Shown here: positions 62,153 to 64,000 of the stretch, one piece after another
Numbering within the stretch: the first letter of the stretch is position 1
Layout of the letters: every line of letters begins with the position of its first letter
Assembly (NCBI RefSeq): GCF_037042905.1
Contig: NC_087255.1
Coordinates: 9,796,001-9,860,000, forward strand
DNA length: 64,000 nucleotides
Source: Lytechinus pictus
Lineage: Eukaryota
Direction of reading: 5' to 3'
Made by a program: the position numbers and the translations under genes
The notes under the pieces: generated by a model
Seen by the model: the letters and a program-made list of their open reading frames with translations, nothing else
The model's database searches: none
Told to the model about the DNA's origin: nothing

Positions 62153-64000
62153 GAAACCGGATACCTCTCCCTGCGGCGGAGCCGTTTTTGTACATTGCTG
62201 GTATTTGGATCTGTGGCGGTGTTTTCCTAATTTATTGCTAATTGCGCCAAACTTAAGTATTTTCAGGATTTTTAGTTAAGATGAAAGATTAAAGATCAGA
62301 CATTTTTCTTTCTAGAATTAAAGGTCTCGCTTCTCAAATCAACAAAATAGTTAAGAAATTTACGAGGAAAAAGTCGTGGTATTTTGTCAAATCTTCGCTT
62401 TTTCCCCAAGTCAATAGGCACTGTGTACAAAAATGCGTAAGGGCAATCAGCACGCGCGGACAAGTCGGGTTCGATCGATACCGCTCTGTTGTCTGCTCTG
62501 GTGCTTTTTTTCATTGCCTATTGTCACGCTACTCATGATTGGTCTCTTCACCCCCTTGTATTCAGATCATTTGCAAAGTGTATAATTACGACAATAATCC
62601 GTTTTGGGTGAAATCACAGCATACCAAATACCTTTATTTTCCAGAATGAATAAAAAGGGTGAATATATTCCCTTGCAAGTACGATGATGATGCTGCGCAG
62701 CGAAAGTCCGAAACTATTTTGTGATTTTTTGCTTCTGGGCTTCAAGACGGTGGCCTCAATGTTCCACTAAAAATCGCCTTTGGTTTCTTCTTTTCATGAA
62801 TTATAGTTTGTAATAAAAAATAATGTTGTTCCTGAAGATTGCATACCAGTGTTCGATTTGTTTTCCTGTTGCAATTTCAAAGAGCGAAGGGGGTAACTGT
62901 GACTCAAATCTGAAATCATACATCCCAACGCTCTCCTCGTCTCGTTCTACGTTTCATTTTCTATCTCCCTTTTCCCACCAAAATAACCATGCTACCGATT
63001 ACTGTTCGTCACAATGAGAGAAAGTAAATTAATTGTATCTATTGAAATTGTAGCATCTAAATTAAAAGTGTTTTCTTTTGTTCTTTCATTTTATTCATTT
63101 TTTAACCGTTCTGGATTTTTTCACAACCGAAAACAAAAGTAATAAATAAACCATGAAAGATTTGTATCCCGTTTTGTCTCTATATTTTTATTCGTTCAAT
63201 TAAATACAGATGCGTTGGAGTCGGTATGAGGCGTCAGTCCACCCCCCCCCCTCCATTCAGCAAACGTATACAAAAACGCAAAGTCCATAAATTCGTGATT
63301 TTTAGGGGCCGGATCATTCCCTCCCACATTCAGCTCAACCCCTCCATTATCAAAAACGCTCAGCGGTCCCTGTTATTTATACATCTTTTTCAAATATTTG
63401 GGTGTTGATGCTCACCAGGGTAAGCGCCCCAATAGTATGTTTGCCGTAAAAAAAAACATAAGGTCAACCTGTCCTTTTTTTTTTCTTTATATGGATCCTT
63501 TTCTGCTACGCTATTCGCCAGAAAAAAAAAGACAAAAAAAAAGAAGAAAGAACCTGGCGAAAAAGTAGGAAAATTATTACATTTTTAGGGGGGGGGGGGG
63601 TAGGTGTAAAATTGAGAGGGGTTTGTCGGGACACGTCAAACAAACGTATGTTTTTTTAGGTGGATGCCTCAACGTAAATTCTCATTCTATTTCCTCAATT
63701 TCCGGCAAGGAAACTTTTAGTTCATTGTTAGTTTTAGCGTTTGAACTGATTATGCTTTTGTCGAATTTCCAGTGCAAAAATTTTCACATGGGAGAGAAAG
63801 AGAGAATGAGATGAAGAGCTTCCAAAACCTAACATGACAAATTCGTGATTTACAAATTGAGGTGGGGGACTAGTATTCTATAATTCTTTATAAGTAAATA
63901 TTCATGCAATAGCAAAAGCGCACATTATGGTTTTCATTATACCTTTTTGGTCTATTTCCTCTTTTTTCCCTTCCATCTTTTCTGTCGTTTTATCATTCTC

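Overview
AT-rich, repeat-dense animal genomic DNA, most likely sea urchin (inferred from repeat content and gene style, not from a search). One multi-exon gene can be reconstructed on the + strand (36633-47768, 14 phase-consistent exons, about 965 codons, first/signal-peptide exon not located). It encodes Ig-Ig-EGFx5-Ig-FN3x3-TM, a Tie1/Tie2-type ectodomain with the Tie hallmark FCLPDPYGCSC, but it ends in a ~90-aa tail of tyrosine motifs and has no kinase domain. The rest is largely nested mobile DNA. A 12.6-kb element with perfect 40-bp TIRs (1911-14549) contains a young RT-less LTR element with an intact 787-aa gag/dead-protease ORF. A decayed CR1/L2-group LINE with an SGNH-esterase ORF1 (about 22673-30644) is split by an Academ-type foldback element and a 1.2-kb dispersed repeat. 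Bases 1-1907 are a ~98-99% identical copy of 24196-26100 that ends at the TIR. There are also TTAA (Kolobok-like) and hAT MITEs, a solo LTR, a SINE and mini/microsatellites. All family calls come from motif recognition by eye.
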